A stretch of DNA of 64,000 nt from the human T2T-CHM13v2.0 reference genome, Homo sapiens. This document shows positions 11,140-25,745 of the stretch, one piece after another. The translations under genes were made by a program, and so were the position numbers. The notes beneath the pieces are model-generated. The model searched no databases, was not told where the DNA came from, and saw only the letters and a list, made by a program, of their open reading frames with translations. Where the stretch lies: the NCBI RefSeq assembly GCF_009914755.1, contig NC_060925.1. The stretch is one strand, 5' to 3'. Numbering within the stretch: position 1 is the first letter of the stretch; every line of letters begins with the position of its first letter.

Positions 11140-12813
11140 CTTTCTTGTTTGCTCAAGAACATCACCCTAGCAACCCTCCCTTCCCTCTTGTACTATCAAA
11201 GTTCTCCTCTTCACTGGATGACTATCATCAGTGTGCAAACATGCCGCTATTTATTTCTACAACCACAAATAATAAAACATACAATACGATAATAAATAAA
11301 ACCCTCTGCTACAAACACATTGCTTTGCTTTGCTTATCTTTACAGTCAAATCCCTTGAAAGCACTGTCTATAATCACCATCTCCTACTTCTTGCCTTCCA
11401 TTTTCTATTAAAACACTCATATCAGGATTTCATCCTCTTCTCTCTATCCAAAACTGCTCTTGTGAAAGTGAAGAGCGACCTCTACACCGTCACATTCAGT
11501 GACCAGTTTCAGTTGTCATCTTACTCAACCCATCCCTCCCCTCTCCTTGAAACTCCCTCTCCCCTCTGCTCCCAGAATCCCCACCCCCACTCTTAGTTTT
11601 CCTCCTACCTCCCTAGCTGTCCCTCCTTGGTTTCCTTTGCTGGTTCCTCCTTGGCTCCACAACTTGTAAACCTTGTGCTATACACAGGCTCCATCCATGA
11701 TCCTCTTCTTATCCTCCCTCACTTCCCTGGGGGCCTCACCAGACTCATGGCCTTGACAAGCTGTTCATATGCTGATGGATCCTAAATTTACATCTCAGCC
11801 TGCACCTTTTCCTAAAGTGCAGCCTTGTACCTTCAACTGCCTACTGAACATTTTCACCTGGGTGTCCAACAGGCATCTCAAGCTTCACATATCCCAACTG
11901 AAATTCCATTCTCTAGTCCTCTCGCTTCCCAACTTACTGCTCCTACCATCTCCCTCATCTCAGTTCAGGCAACTCCCTCATCCTCCCAGACTAGAAACCT
12001 GGGGGTGTGCTTGAATCCTCTCTTTCTCTCACACCATGTCACATCTATCAGCAAGCCTGTTATCTCTTTTTCGAAACATTTCCACAACTGACCACTTCTC
12101 ATCACCTCCTCAGCTGCCTCCCTGGCTGCCCTCCCAGTCCCCATCCTCTCTCTCCTGAATGATTGCAGCAGCCTCCTAACTGCTCTTCCTACTGCCTCCA
12201 TTTCCCCTAAGAGCCAGCTTCTCACAGTGTAGCCAGAGTAGCCCTGTGTGGTTCTAGTGAACTTGTCAGGTCTTTTCCATCATCTGCTCAGAAAATGTCA
12301 ATCATCCCATCCCAATCAGGGAAGAATCCAGCATCCTTACAATCGACCAGCTGAGTCTCCCTCCCCCAACGCCACTTGCCAACCTCATTCCTGCTACTCT
12401 CCCCCTGCTTTCTTCACTCCAGCCATGCTGGTCTCATGCTTCTCCTTGAACATCCCAGGCCTGTCCTGCCCAAGGGCCTTCACACTTGCTGCTCCCCTGC
12501 CTGGGGCCCCCCTCCCCAGACATCCTTGGGGCTTGCTCCCTAGTCTTTAGTCTTTGCTCAAAAATTCTTCTCAAAGAAGTTTTCCTCACCAACGTTATTT
12601 CAGAGGCCTTATTCCAAGATCCCTACGGCCACTGCCTTTCCCCTTTCCTGGTTTGACTTTTCTTCCACTTGCCATCTTCTTACCTACTGTGTCACTGACT
12701 CATTGTTCTTTGTAAGTTCAGCGTGCACAGGGAATTTTGTGTGCTTTGTTCACTGATGTATCCCAAACACCAAGCACAATGCTTCAATATTTGTTGAGTG
12801 AATGGAAGAATGA
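11140..12813 (+). mobile_element. L2 (L2a-like) long 3' fragment
   Basis: Pyrimidine-rich L2 body; 3' end ttgttcactgatgtatccc...caatatttgttgagtgaatgg. Confidence 0.8.
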
Positions 12814-12867
12814 AGGTTACCATTTTCTGTCTTCTGAGACACAGATGGGACAAGGCTGTGGACAAAG

Positions 12868-15785
12868 GCTCTGGTTATCTACAGCTGCCTACCAAGCCAG
12901 TCCAAAATTAGTGGGCTTAAAACAACAATAATGATTTTATTTTTTTCTCATGGTTTCTGTGTGTCAGCAATTCAGGAGAGGCTTAGCTGGGTGAATCTGG
13001 GTCGAGGGCCCTTGTGAGGATGCAGTCAGATGGTAGTTGGAGCTGGAATGTCAGCGGCATCTGGGAACTGGTCAGGCAGTCACAGGGCTTCTCCGTGTGG
13101 CTCCTCCATGTAGGCTACTATGGGCTTCCTCACAGAACAGTGGCTTCAGAGCCCTCAGAATCTTACACAGAAGCCTTGAGCTCCAGCTTGACTATTCCTG
13201 AGGACAAGAAGAACCTTTCTTATTTTTTTGTAGCTTAGTCCTGGAAGTCATACAGTGTTACTTCTGGTAGAGTCTATTGATTATCCAGTCACTAAGATCA
13301 TCCCAAGTTCAAGAGAGGGGACAGAGACCCCCACCTCTTCATGAGAGAAGCATCAGAGAATGTGTGGGCCTGCTTTTAAATCACTATTATCCATCCCCTG
13401 GCCACAAATTATTTTTTCTTCTCACATACAAAATATAGACAGTCTTGCAAGTCTCATCGATTATGGCTTCAGGCTTAAGATGTAGGATCACATCATGTAT
13501 AATAAATCAGGTCCAGGTCAGACTGGGAATCCTCAGATGCAGTTCCTCTGGGACAATCAATGTGAAGTCATGTGAGCTGAAGAGTCAAGCTACCTGTGCC
13601 CTCTTACATCCAACATGCAAGTGAGGGATTGGCATATGACAGCTCCTATAGACATTCTCATATAAAAGAGGGAAAATGAGAGCCACTTGTCTACACCAAT
13701 TCAGAAATCAAGCTGAGTGCATGCGGGCAGTTCCCTGATAAGATCCTACTTCCTGGAATTTGTTTCTGATGGCTTTGCCTGCTGCATCTTCCTTCCATAG
13801 GAACTGGTGAAACTGAGGGGTTAATTTGATCAGGTCTGCCTGCCCCACTTGCTTTTGGTTGCTAGCTTACCCCTCCCGCCACCATTTTTCATGAAGCTGA
13901 GAGCTGCGGTGGCTGAAGTCCTTGCCGCTGAACACTGAATCTTCACCTGCATTTGCTACTTTATAGATAACATTCATTTGTCACCATGGTCATGGTCGCT
14001 TCAGTTGTTTTTCAAGTTCCAACCAGTTCAAACTGGCTGAAACCACCAACCCTTCAACTGGGCCTGCAATGTGTCCAAGAGTTGGCCTTTTGATGTTGGA
14101 GGGCCCAACACTCCACCCTCAGATCATGCTAATGCTGCTATTTTCTATACATATGTCCTATGAAATGCCATGAACCCCGAGTATGCATGCACAGAACGAA
14201 CCTGTTGCTTCATTTTTCCCCAATGCCAATCACCTTTTCCCAAGCCTTAGACTACCCTACTTCCCTAAGCCATAAATATCTCTAAGGCTTATCTTCAGGG
14301 AGGTGGATTTGAGAGCTGTTCTTCCACCTCCTCGCTCTGCAGCCTTGTGAATAAATCTTTTGTCTTTCACAAAACCTATGTCACAGTGATTGATTTACTG
14401 CACACAGCCAGAATGAACCTGGACCTGGCCGATAACGCCAGCCCTTATTTGCAGCGAAGTATTTTTTTTAAAACTAACTTTCTGCTCGTAATAGTTCAGG
14501 GTTCCAATGATAAGCCACAATTACTTTAAAAACTTTGAGGGTTTCTTATGAATTAATCTAGAATTGACTCCATTAGGTGAAAGCTATACTCAGAAATCTC
14601 TTTGAGATAAGCCCTTCTCTATTCTGAGACTGTCACAGACAAATATTCTGAGACTCTTAGAAGCCCCATTAACAGAAAAAATCTGCAAGGTCCACCCTCC
14701 ATATCCTTAGAAAGTCTTTTAGTTTTATAAGTTCTTTGAGGCACCACCTTAGACATTCTGAGGTCTTAGGAAAGAATTCAATCCTCTTGGCTTTTGTCCT
14801 TGGCCTGAGGATCTTATTGGAGAATCATTTGCCATTTGAATATGAGTGAGAGACTTTCATTTTCAAGCTCAACAAGTTCTAGCTCATTTACATAGTCATT
14901 CAATCTTTAGCTTATTTCTCTCCTCTTGCATTTTGTCATAGGCAGTGCAAGAAGCCATGTGGCAATTTCATAATTCTTCCTGGAAATCTCCTGAGGTAGA
15001 TCATCTTGTTCATTAGAATATTTTTCTATGTTCCATGTTATATAAGGCCACACTGTTGCCAATCATTTCATCATTAATAACAAAATCTTCTCTTATCCTG
15101 CTTCAAAAACTACTTTCCTTACTTTGCTTTAAGTCATCACTGATGACCTGCTTTGGGCCCTTCAGATTTCTGCCTGTTGCCAGATCCAGAAGACAATGTC
15201 TAAAGCTTTGTCTTTTTGTTACAACAGCACCTCACTCCTTGTACTAAATTCTGGTCTTGTTATAGGTTGCTGAGAAACCAATCATTCCAAAAAGTACGGA
15301 GTTAAAGCAATAACTATTATTTTATTATTCTTCACCCTTTCTGTATGACTTTGACTAGGTCATGGCTGGGTGATTGTGGCTCAGCGTCCCTCATGAGGTT
15401 GCATTTGGACTGTGGCTACAGCCAGAATGGTTGTGGGATGGGAGCCTCTGTGGACCGACCAGGTAGCTCTCTTTTCCACACTGTAGTCTCAAAGCTTCTT
15501 CATGTGGTTTCTCTGAGTGAGAAGAGTTTGGACTTCCTCACCATGATGGTCTCACAGTAGTCAGAGTATTTATACGGCAGCTCAAGGCTCCAGCATGAGT
15601 ATTCCCAGGACCAATAAAAGCCTCACTGTCTTTTATGACCTAGCCCTGGATGTTACATAGTGTCACTTGTGCTATAGTCTGTTAAATGACTAGTCACTGA
15701 GATCACTCCAGATTTGAGGAAAGGTGACAGAGGCCCTATCTCTCTGATGGATGAGTGTCAAAGAATTTGTAGACATGAATATTTT
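12868..15785 (-). mobile_element. Two-LTR MaLR element (MLT1H-like LTR-int-LTR)
   Basis: Homologous LTRs ~12868-13390 and ~15255-15785 (e.g. ctggaagtcatacagtgttactt / ctggatgttacatagtgtcactt) flanking MaLR internal sequence. Confidence 0.7.
13808..14437 (+). mobile_element. ERV1-class solo LTR nested in MaLR internal region
   Basis: TG start, ccataaatatc TATA-like box, AATAAA at ~14350, ends ...gataacg; flanks CTGG/CCAG consistent with decayed CCGG TSD. Confidence 0.65.
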
Positions 15786-15949
15786 TTTCAGAAATTTTTT
15801 TTTGGAAATACCTGCCCTATTCTAGCCACACCAAAGGGAAAACCACACACTCCCATGATATCAACAGGGAAAGCAGGGAGATGATTTTCCACTACCCTCT
15901 AACCTGGAAGGAGGCAGTGGTGCTCAAATGTCCCTGGTGGTGGTGTCTG

Positions 15950-16730
15950 CAGTGCCCGGTGGTGAGCTGAGCCTCACCTCTACCCATCCAGCATCAATAT
16001 GATTGAGCCAGGTAGTGTGAGGCAAGGCTAATCAGCCCTGCACATGCCCCCTCCCACCCTGGTCTCAGCAGGGAACAGCTGGGAGCTGGACCTCCACACA
16101 CTGGGCAGCGATGAGATTGAGTGAGGGAGCATGAGGCAGAGCTTGTAAGCACTCTGGTCTCCCCCACCCACCCCGGTATCAGTGAGGCTCAGTGAAGAGC
16201 TGAGTCTCCAACCTCATCTGGCATCAATGACATGGAACAAGGTGGTGGGAAGCAAAACTGGTTGGCACGCTGCTTCCCTCTCTCCATTTCCCTCGTGTCA
16301 ATAGGACCCAGTAGAAGGGACATTATGTGACTTCCAGGGCTGTGTCATAAAAGACAAGGAAGATTTTGCCTGGTTCTTGGGAACACTCACACTGCAACCT
16401 TGAGTTGACATCAATGAGGCAGAATGGGGTGGTGCTGGGAGGCAGGATTATTTGCCACCCCACTCTCCTTGCCCCGTTGTCTGTGAGGCTCAGCAGGGAT
16501 CCGAGCCTACACCTGGCATCAACAAGGTGTAGTGAGATTAATTGGAGGAGAGACTGGCCCTTGCTTTCCCATCTCCTCTCCTCTGGTGTCAGCAGAGACC
16601 AGCAAGGATTTGAGCTTACATCCACACTTGGAGACAAGTCAGTGCAAGTTGGTGCCCCTCTTTCACTAACAAGGCATCAGATGTGCCAGTAGGGGAGCTG
16701 AGCTCCCCCACTACCCATCTAGAACAAACA
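15950..16730 (+). repeat. Degenerate ~115-bp monomer array at the L1 5' end
   Basis: Recurring gagctgagc...ggcatcaa motif at ~15964, 16083, 16197, 16498, 16608, 16695. Confidence 0.55.
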
Positions 16731-16740
16731 GTGTTAGTAG

Positions 16741-17056
<316 letters not shown>

Positions 17057-19220
17057 GGCACTCCACTTTTGCCAACGTGGTGCTGAAGCACGGCAGGAGG
17101 CTGATCAGATGTCCCCGCCCAGCCCTTACACTGCATCTCAGTAAGGGACTGCTTGCTAGAAAAGAGGATCAAGTGGTATCTTGAGTTTCATAATATAATG
17201 TTCAAAATGTTCAGGATATAATAAACATTATTTGTTGTGCCCAGATCCAGGAAATTCACAACATGAATTAGAAGAAAGTCAGTGGTTGCCGACACTGAGA
17301 TAAATCAGATGTTGGAATTTGGTGATGGGCTTTTGGAGCAGCCATTATATGGATGATTCAACAAGAAATTATGAGCTCTCAAGAAGCAAGTGAGGAAATA
17401 GATCATCATAGCGAGGAATAAAATGTATTTAAAAAGAACAATGGAAATTACAGAATTGAAAGATAATATAGTAACAAAGTAAAGATTTGTTGGATGGGCT
17501 TACCAGTAGAGTGAAGATGGCAAAACAGTGAAACAGTGAATTGGAGGACAGATCAATAGAATTTACCAATCTGAACAACAAAGAAAAAAGAGATGAATAA
17601 AATAAATAAACTCTCAGGGACCTGTGGGGTAATGGTTGAAAACATCCCAAATGATATAGATAGATTGACAGCAAGAGAATGGAAAAAGACATATAAGGCA
17701 AAAACTCATTGAAATAAAAGGCAGGGGTGGCTATAATAATATCAGGCAAAGGGGACTTCAGAGCAAATAAAATCACTGGAGACAAAGAGGGACATTTTAC
17801 AATGGCAAAGGGTAATCCAGTGAGGGCCCCAAACAGTAGAGGCTTAAACACATGAAGTAAAAGTTGACAGAACTGAAAGAAAAAAAAATAAACAAATCTA
17901 CAATTGAAGATGGAGAGATCAACACCCTACTCTCAGCAATTGACATAACTACTATAAAGAAAACAAACAAAAATATAAAAGAGCTCAACAATACCATCAA
18001 CCAACAGGATCTAACTGACACATACAGAACATTATACCCAACAACAGTAGAATATATATTTTTTTCAGGCACTCATGAGATAGTCACCAATATAGACCAT
18101 ATCCTGGGCCATAAACCCAAACTCAAATCCTATGATTTCTGTGTGTTTTCTGACCTTAATTGAATCAAACTAGAATAACAATAACAGAAAGACAAGAGGA
18201 AAAGCTCCAAACACTTGGGAATTAAACAATATACATCCTAATAATGTATGAGTCAAAGAGAGTGTCCTACAGAAAAAATAATTAGAATTAAATAAAAATG
18301 AACATACAATATATCAAAATATGTTGGATGCAGCTAGAATAGTGTTGAAAGGGAAATTTATAGCACTAAATGCTCAAAGTAGGAAAGAGAAACTTCTTAA
18401 ATATCAAAAAACTAAAAAGAAAAGGAAAAAATATACTGAGAGATTGAAAGCAAATGGACGGAAAAAGTATAACTAGTTCTATAACTGATCCTTTAAAAAA
18501 TTAATTCATAATTTAAAAGCCCTCTCCAAAAGAAATCTCCAGTACTATATGGTTTGATTTGAGAATTCTACCAAATCATTCTACCAAATGTTTAAAGAAT
18601 TAACACCAATTTCACACAATCTCTTGCGGAAAACAGAAGAGGAGAGGGCACATTTGAACTCATTTATGAGCTAATATTACCCTGATACCAAAACACATAA
18701 ACACCCTACAAAAAGAAAGCTACAGACTAATATCTATCTTGAACTTAGATGCAAAAATCCTCAATACAGTGTTCGCAAGTCGAATCCAGCAATGTATAAA
18801 AAATAATTATAAACTTTGACCATGTAGGATAAATTACAGGTGTGCAAGGCTGGTTCAATATTCAGAAATCAAACAATATAATCTACCATATTAACATGTT
18901 AAGGAAGAAACATTATATAATCATATCAATCGATGGAGTGAAAACATTTGCCAAGGTCAGCATGACAAAAATTCTCAGCACACTAGGAATGGAACGGAAT
19001 TTCCTTAAGGTAATAAGAACATCTACCAAAAAAACAAAATCAACAACCACAACAACAACAACAACAAATTCCTTACATTATAACTAACATTGTATTGATG
19101 GTGAAAGACTTCACGTGTAATGGGACTTAATGTCGCATTACAAGCAGGAACAAGTCAAGGATGCGTGCTCTCACCACTCTTAGCTGACATGGTACTGGAA
19201 ATTCTAGACAGTGCAGTAGT

Positions 19221-19547
<327 letters not shown>

Positions 19548-20200
19548 TCAATAAGGCAAGGCAAGGAAACAAAAGGCATACAGACTGAAAAGGAAGAAAT
19601 AAAACCGTCCTTATTTGTGGAAGACACGATTATCTACGTTAAGAACCCCAAGGAATCTATAAAACAAAACGAAACAAAAAACCTCTATAAGTAATAAGTG
19701 GAGTTAAGCAAGTTCACAGTATACAAGACAAGATCAACACAGAAAACTCAATCACAGTTCTATATATTCATAATAAAGACATGGAAACCAAAATTAAAAA
19801 CACAATGTCATTTACAACTGCCCAAAAGAAAATTAAATTCTCGGCTATAAATGTAACAAAGCATGTATATAATCTTGCATGTTGAAAATTACAAAATGCT
19901 GATGAAATAAATCAAGGAAGACCTAAATAAATGGAAAGACATACAATGCTTAGTTTGGAAGACTCGTCATAGTAAAGATGCTAACTAAGACAATGTTAAA
20001 AAAAGAATAAAGTGGGAAAATCACTATACTTGACATTAGGCTTACTGTATACCTAGGGTAATCAAGGCAGCATGGTGTCGGTGAACATATACACAAATAT
20101 CAGTGAAACAAAATAGAGAACCCAGATATAGACCCATGCATATATATCCAACTGATTTCTGACAAAAGTACAAAAATAATTCAATAAGAAACATAGTTTT

Positions 20201-20305
20201 CTGGGTGAGGAGGCATGCACCTGTGGTCTCAGCTACTCCGAGTCAGCCATGATTGCACCACTGCACTCCAGCCTGGGCGACAGAGTGAGGCTGTGTCTCA
20301 AAAGA
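20201..20305 (+). mobile_element. Alu monomer fragment with internal deletion
   Basis: gcacctgtggtctcagctactc...ccactgcactccagcctgggcgacagagtgag. Confidence 0.8.
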
Positions 20306-20769
20306 AGGAAGAAAGTTTTTTAAACAAATGGTGCTGGAGAAATTGGACATCAATAAGCCAAATAGGTAAACAAACCTCAACCTAAACCTCTAATGGATCC
20401 ATTAACTCAAAATGGATCACAGACTTAAATGTGAAACATAAAACTATAAAAGTTTTAGGAAAAAAAATAGAAGAAAATCCTCTGGACCTAGGACCAGGTG
20501 AAAAGGTCAAAAAGATTTGACATCAAAAGAACAATCCATAAAAGGAAAATTTGATAAACTGGACATCATCAATTTAAAAACTTTTACTCTGCAAAAGATT
20601 GGTGGAAAGGATTAAAAGACAAACCTCTGACTGGGAGAAAGTATTTGCAAAGCACTCATCTGACAAAGGGCTTTTATCTAACCTGTAAATAGAATTCTCA
20701 AAACTCAAGAGTGTAAAAAAAAATAATAATAATCCAAATAAATCTAGTTTTAAAAAGGGTGAAGGGCAT

Positions 20770-21315
20770 TGAGAGACTGAATATACAAATGGACAATGGC
20801 CAGGCCATATGTAAAAATAGAACTTTGGCCCACAACCTGCAGCAACCTGCCCAGGAAGCCTGCAACAAACAACTCAGGAAGCCAGCCGGCCATTAGTCAG
20901 ACTTGCAGGAAGCCAAATTGCTATCTCTAGTGACAATCCAGGAAGCTAAACAATCACTTCTGCAACATTTGGCCCAAAAGGGCCAGGACTTGATTAGAAA
21001 CTGACAGCTTCCCTAATTTTTGTCCCTGCCTCCATCATCATAGAACCTACCAGAGTGACTCAAATGTGCTCTCCTAACCAATCACATAGGATTCCTTGTT
21101 CCTAGTTTGCCTGTCTACAGCTTTCCCATGCCAGGAGCCTCCAATCAGGATAAACCTGAAGCCTTCCCATTTTCCACTACAAGCCTCTCCACTCCTCTGC
21201 CTGCCTTTGAGTCTCTGCCAAAATGCAAGTGATGGTGGCTGACTCCGTTGCTCTAGCAAGCTCAGAATAAATAGCCTTTGCTTTTCTCATTTGTTGATCT
21301 TTGTTTATTTTCACA
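20770..21315 (+). mobile_element. Solo LTR (MER77/MER21-like, subfamily uncertain) inserted in L1
   Basis: TG...CA termini, AATAAA at ~21266, TSD GCAT/ACAT, L1 resumes on both sides. Confidence 0.7.
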
Positions 21316-21565
21316 ACATGAAGAGACACATTTCACTGAGGAGTATATCAGAGCTGGTGCACTCCAGATGAAAAATAAGCACATGAAAAGATGTTCAACA
21401 TCATCAGCCATTAAGAAAATATAAAGTAAAACCACAGTGAGATATTACTCCACATCTATCAGATTGGCTAAAATAAAAAAGTAGTGACAATAGGAAACGT
21501 TAGTGAGTTTGTGAAGAAGTGGATTACTTCATTCATTGCATTTAAAGTGAGGCAGTCTGGAAAAG

Positions 21566-21640
21566 TTTGTAAAATGATATAGTCACTCTGTCTATAAAAT
21601 GATACAGTTACTCTGTCTGTAAAATGATACAGTCACTCTG
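21566..21640. repeat. 25-bp tandem triplication of L1 sequence
   Basis: tctgtaaaatgatacagtcactctg x3. Confidence 0.9.
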
Positions 21641-21659
21641 GCAGTTTCTCACAAAAGTA

Positions 21660-22952
21660 AACCGATCAATGCATAACCTTGTTTTATGGTTATTTCTGTT
21701 GAAACACCACTTACTTAATATTATACAGTATTGATACGGACAGGAGGTGGTGAAATACTGGGTAGAAGAAGGCGGTTCCTTGGCAAAGGCCCCACCCTCA
21801 AGCATGGAAACTGAGGTCCTAAATGAGGACTGTTATCCCTGTTTTCCTGCCCAAATGTTACCTTTTTGGCCTGCCCCAGCCCCCTATCTTGTGCCCATAT
21901 AAACCCCAGACCTCAGCTGGCGGAGAGACAGGCAGCCAAACATGGAGCAGAGAAGAAGCAACTGAGGTTTGGAGACTATCAATAGACACGGTTTAACTTC
22001 AGAAGGCACGACTTCAGAGAGGAGCCCGGCCAGAGATGGTGGGCTTCAGGGAAATATCACCTTCTTCCAGCACCATACCTTTTCCAGCTCCCCTTCTGCT
22101 GAGAGCCACTTCCACCTCTTAAAAAAATTCTTCACTTCCATCGCCCTTCAAACTGTTCACGTAACCTGATTCTTCCTGGATGCTGGCTGCCCTGGGTGCG
22201 GGAGCCCAAAAAGGCTGTCATACTGACTCTTGACTGAGCTGTTTAACATTTAAGCCATCTGCGGATGGCAAAGCTAAAAGAGTAGTAACTTGAACACACC
22301 CCTAGATGCTGCTGTGGGGCTGGAGCCCAAAAGTGTTGGCCCCGCCCTCAGCACCCACTCTCTGTGTACTCCTTCCCCTGAGGGGTTGAGCCCAGCGGGT
22401 TGGAGTGAGTTAAGTTTGTCCCTGCTGGCACCAAAGTGGCTGGCTGGACCCAGAGCCACTGTACTCCAGTTCCGGCCTGTGAAAGGGTCAGGGGACTATC
22501 CTGTCTTAGTATTGTCGATTTATTAACCTTGAACTCACCAACAACGCATCTCAACTCAGGCCTGAACAATGCTTCTTCAACTCAAGTATTTTCTCAGTGA
22601 GGCACATAGTAGCCTTCTTGTGCTCAGGAACGCTAGGCAGCGCGTCAGCACTGTTTGGGACCATTTTAAATAGCAACATCACGAGCAAAAAGCACAAAAA
22701 TGCAACATGCATGGCCCTAAATAGACCTGGGAAAGGTGTTTGATTACCCACGAGAGCTGAGACAAGAAGGCAGAGTGTCACCTTGTTTGACCTTACCTGG
22801 GAGCATGTGCATCTGATGACTCAGATTTTTCACTGTTTTGCACCTGTTGGAAATGACAGTAAAAGTGCTGCAAATGTTGAATTTGGGGTTACAATAAATT
22901 TTAGCGATCAGGTGAGTTTTGAAATACAAATCTGTGAACAGTGAGATTGACT
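21660..22952 (-). mobile_element. MER82 (TcMar-Tigger) split by an LTR1-like insertion
   Basis: ttggggttacaataaattttagcga..., gcacaaaaatgc, caagaaggcagagtgtcaccttg match rc of recalled MER82. Confidence 0.75.
21732..22508 (+). mobile_element. LTR1/LTR28-like ERV1 solo LTR
   Basis: TGATACGGACAGGAGG...GGCAAAGGCCCCACCCTCAAGC start; perfect TSD GTAT (21728-31, 22509-12). Confidence 0.85.
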
Positions 22953-22959
22953 CATAACA

Positions 22960-22983
22960 TACACACACTCACTCACCCCCCCC

Positions 22984-23032
<49 letters not shown>
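22960..23032. repeat. (CA)n microsatellite
   Basis: Pure (AC)n ~22985-23032. Confidence 0.95.
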
Positions 23033-23035
<3 letters not shown>

Positions 23036-25074
23036 AACCCAGCTTTGGATTAAGGGCTATTGACAGTAGAAAGAAATTTTACACTTTACCAAAGGATTTG
23101 CCAAAGTCTTTCTTTAAATGCTGTGCTCTCCGGAGACCACAGAAAAGGATTTTGATTTACAAACAGTTTTCTTCCATGCTCAGATGCAAACTTTGAGGGC
23201 GCGTTCAATTTCTGTTTCAAGGTCTGTGCAATTCAACCAGCATTTCCCCAAGTTCTCACTAAGCACTGGCACTGTGCTTGGCACTGTGGGGGAACAAAAG
23301 TGAAGACAAGGTCTGTGTTCGAAGGGAGCTGGCAATGCCAACTCTCGCAGAGGAGGCTTTTAAAGATGAGCTGTTCAAAAGCTGTGGCCAGGGGCAATTT
23401 AGCAAGACCCCTCCTGATTTTCCAAATCCACCCAGAAGCTCAGATTAAAAAGGCAACTCTGCTCTCACAGACTCCTAGCGGGGGCATCCAGAGAGTTGCA
23501 GCTGCAGGGAGAGGGGTATCTGGGGATGTAGGCACAGCTCCTCTGCCTCCCTTCCCACCATCATTGTGCATATTCCACTAAAGGGGCATCTTATGAACAA
23601 TTTTTTAGGTTATGTGTTGACAAGATGGTCTCTGAAGCTATGATAAAAAGAAGTTGGGGGAAGTGTGTGAATTCATGCCTAGTTTATGCCCAGAGAAGAC
23701 CGGTGAGGCAGGTGGTGCTTTTCCAGAACCTTGGTCCCCCACCAACCAGGCATGGACCCAGCAGGCTCAGCAAGTCACAAGGGAGAGCAAGGTCCTGGGG
23801 AGGTCTTGGGCAGTTGGAAAGAACCAGTTCATTTGAGTGGACTGTTTTTCTCTGGGTCATTGCCAGCAAATCAGTACTCAGCTGTGCCACCAGTGTGGTG
23901 CCCGCCTCCCCACTCAGGGATGCCATGAAAAGCAGTGATCTTGGCAAGATCTAAATAGAGGTGTGCCGAGAGTAACGCGGACGGAGATCACATGCAGGTG
24001 GCTCTCGAGGAGTCCATAAATCTACACTGATGAATTACCTGGGCAGGTGGCTCTGCCACCAGCCTTCCAGCTCAGTACAGGAGCGGCGTAATTACCTGTC
24101 TGGCAGTGGTTGTCTGGAGAGAGCCGGTCCATTTTTCTCTTTTATTATTGTTGAATTTCAGGAAAGTGTCCTCTGCAGGCCCCTTTCTAAATGTTGGATT
24201 TATTTGATGACTCCACTAGTGACAAGGGCCAGGGTGTGTCCTGTGGTGAGGAGGACTCGGCCCCTGGGCCCCCTGCCCAGAGGTTTCTCTCAGAGGGTGT
24301 GATGGGCGGGGTCCCCATAGCCACCACTGTCCTCCTCATCAGTGGCCTCATAGATGTCCCTTCCCTCCCCCTTCCCCTGCTCTGTGGACTGGACCTGCCC
24401 TAACCTGAGGCAGCTAGGAACCCCTGAGGTGGGGAAGTCTTTGGGATGTTTCTGGGAGGGGCGTCTCCAAAGGAGACAAAGGAAACCCCAGTCCCCTGAG
24501 CGGTGACAGTTTCCCATCTGCCCAGTGAGGACTCCTGGCTGGCCGAGGACATGTGGGTGTTGTGTCCTTGTGACACCAGTGAAAATGGACAGGGATGGCC
24601 CTCCCCGCTCCCAGGCCCAGTGCCGGGTGCTTCACCCCTCCCCCCACTCACTCCTCATGAGAGCCCATTTTGCAGTCCAGAGAGTGAGGCACAGAGCAGT
24701 GGTCACAGACAGGAAGTAGCCTCGCTGGAGTTCCAGCTCAGGCAGTGGGGACTCCACACACCTTTGCCAAATGCCATTCCGTGGTCTCCAGTCCCCACAA
24801 GGGTCATCTGACCTTTTGCGGACTCACTGCAGCTATGGCTGGTTAACCGGCTGCTGGTGTTGCAGGCCATGTTCTCACCTGCCTGTGTGCATCTTGTATG
24901 AGGGACCACACCCCGTCCTCTCCCCACTGTTTCTAGCAGAGGGGCTGGTGCATAGTAGGAGTTTAAAAAATGCAGGAGAGTGGAAGAATACATATATGAG
25001 AGGAAGTTTCTGAGCATCAGTGCACAAAGCCCATTATTTATGTCCACAGTGGGGAAGGTGTGGCCGGCCACCTG

Positions 25075-25350
25075 TTCCATTTGTTCATTCATTTGCAAGC
25101 TTCTCTTGAGTGCCTGTTGTAAGTCCAGCTCTGCGGGCAAGTGTCTGGAGAGACCAAGCATAGGAAAACAAGAGTTCTGCCTTCATGAAGGCAGAAAGAA
25201 AGTCAGGACACTGAAGAAGTAATGATGGCAAAATGTAAAGTTGTCCACAGAGGGGCTGTCCAAGGAGCTCTGAAACATAACAGAAGAATTAAGTTGCATT
25301 ATGAAAGGTCTCTCAAAAAAGTGATGTTTAAGCTGAGATTGAGAGAATAA
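25075..25350 (-). mobile_element. L2 3' fragment
   Basis: ttgttcattcatttgcaagcttctcttgagtgcct...gtgatgtttaagctgaga. Confidence 0.55.
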
Positions 25351-25700
25351 GCCTAAAAGGTTCTGGCAGATGTAAATTTAGCACAAATCACAGTATTATG
25401 CACCAATAAGCCCTTAGGCTAAATTAATGAAGAGCTGATATCTAGAATGTAGGGGGTGAGAGGCTGTCTCTCTCTATTCTGGGCTGCTCAGAGGTTGCCT
25501 GAAATGTTGAATTCACAAGAGAGAGGCTCTTACTGTCCTCCCGCTTTTATGAACAAGGGCACTGAGGCTCAGAGAGGTGAAGTAACTGATAGAGGGTCAC
25601 TCAGCCAGTGAGTGGCAAAGCCCAAGCTGTGGAAGGCATGGTCTTTTACTTTAAAGGCACAATCCAGAGGTTGCACATGTGTTCATCCATGTACACAAAG

Positions 25701-25710
25701 ACACACACAT

Positions 25711-25742
<32 letters not shown>
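25701..25742. repeat. (CA)n microsatellite
   Basis: Direct reading. Confidence 0.9.

Positions 25743-25745
<3 letters not shown>

Noticed and set aside
17864-19087. L1 ORF2 fragments as functional endonuclease/RT
   Set aside because: Many stops, frameshifts and deletions; fossil element.
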